A stretch of DNA of 64,000 bases, taken from positions 47,368,001-47,432,000 of the forward strand of contig NC_082726.1 of NCBI RefSeq assembly GCF_030144855.1, in the 5' to 3' direction. Under the pieces are notes generated by a model. It saw only the letters and a program-made list of their open reading frames with translations. It was not told the origin of the DNA and did no database searches. The stretch is from Hypanus sabinus. Its lineage: Eukaryota. The position numbers were made by a program, and so were the translations under genes. Positions 63,426-64,000 of this stretch are shown here, one piece after another (position 1 is the stretch's first letter; each line of letters starts with the position of its first letter).

Positions 63426-63720
63426 AACATTCACTCTCTTGCTTATCAGGTTTCTGTCAACCCCTGCCTTAAAAATATCTAAAGTCTCTGCCCCACAGTT
63501 CACTGTGTAAGAGAATTCCAAAGACTTGTACCCTCTGAGAGTGAGCAAGATGGAAATAATTCCTACATTTCACTCAGAATTAAATGGGTGATACTTTGTT
63601 TTCACCTCTAGCTCTGGACTGTCCCACAAGAGAGAACATGTTCTCCACATCCACTCTGTTCAGTCCTTCAGGATCTTGTACATTTCAGTGAAATCCCCTC
63701 TCACTCTTCTGATATAAACC
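63426..63720 (-). mobile_element. Old CR1 LINE 3' fragment abutting the minisatellite
   Basis: CCTGCCTTAAAAATATCTAAAG...GAATTCCAAAGACTTGTACCCTCTG...TCTCCACATCCACTCTGT resembles the reverse complement of CR1 ends elsewhere in the window. Confidence 0.6.
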
Positions 63721-64000
63721 TAACGTTTCAACCTTTCTTCATGATACGATCCATCCATTTCCTCACAGTGTGGCAAACCTTCTCTGCATCCATTCCAATT
63801 GCAGGTGTCCACGTTAAAGGGCACACAAACGTAGATATGCTCCCAACATATCTCATATACATCACACACAAGTAGATACCAAATGGCTGCTCAAACATTG
63901 CACTGCAATATAACGTGCACATTAGGTAGTAATGGGGGACAAAGAAATGGTAGATGAACTTAATGGGTACTTGCATCTGTCTTCACTGTGGAAGACACTA

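Noticed and set aside
60565-63548. 981-, 581-, 547- and 365-aa ORFs and many other overlapping ORFs
   Set aside because: They are translations of a stop-poor 27-bp minisatellite that is open in nearly all frames on both strands, with frame-switching 26-bp units. No sign of coding constraint.

Overview
Eukaryotic, repeat-rich, apparently intergenic or intronic vertebrate DNA. The repeat mix (HE1/V-SINE-type SINEs, CR1, Rex1/Babar-type LINE ends, Penelope) suggests a cartilaginous fish, probably a ray; this is an inference. I found no convincing host exon. Main contents: (1) A very young, intact Ty3/Gypsy LTR retrotransposon (3303-7775, minus strand; LTRs 211/212 identical; 5-bp TSD; one 1325-aa gag-pol ORF). 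It has no tRNA primer-binding site. Instead, a 16-nt segment next to the 5' LTR is perfectly complementary to the poly(A)-signal region of its own LTR, which suggests self-priming. Its RT motif is YLDN rather than YxDD. (2) An older Mag-like Gypsy element (37177-40278, minus; TSD TAAGG; tRNA-Ser PBS) whose RT/RNaseH/integrase core is replaced, in frame, by an intronless fragment of about 540 bp encoding a PARD3B-like PDZ1 region, i.e. LTR-mediated capture of a host gene fragment. (3) Inverted Penelope insertions with TSDs and decayed hammerhead-ribozyme motifs; Chapaev3-like, hAT-like, Tc1-like and Tigger-like DNA transposon remnants; many LINE/SINE fragments; and a 2.7-kb 27-bp minisatellite with 295-bp higher-order structure, which explains the long spurious ORFs at the end of the window. 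Family assignments come from motif recognition by eye, not database searches, and boundaries of old repeats are approximate.
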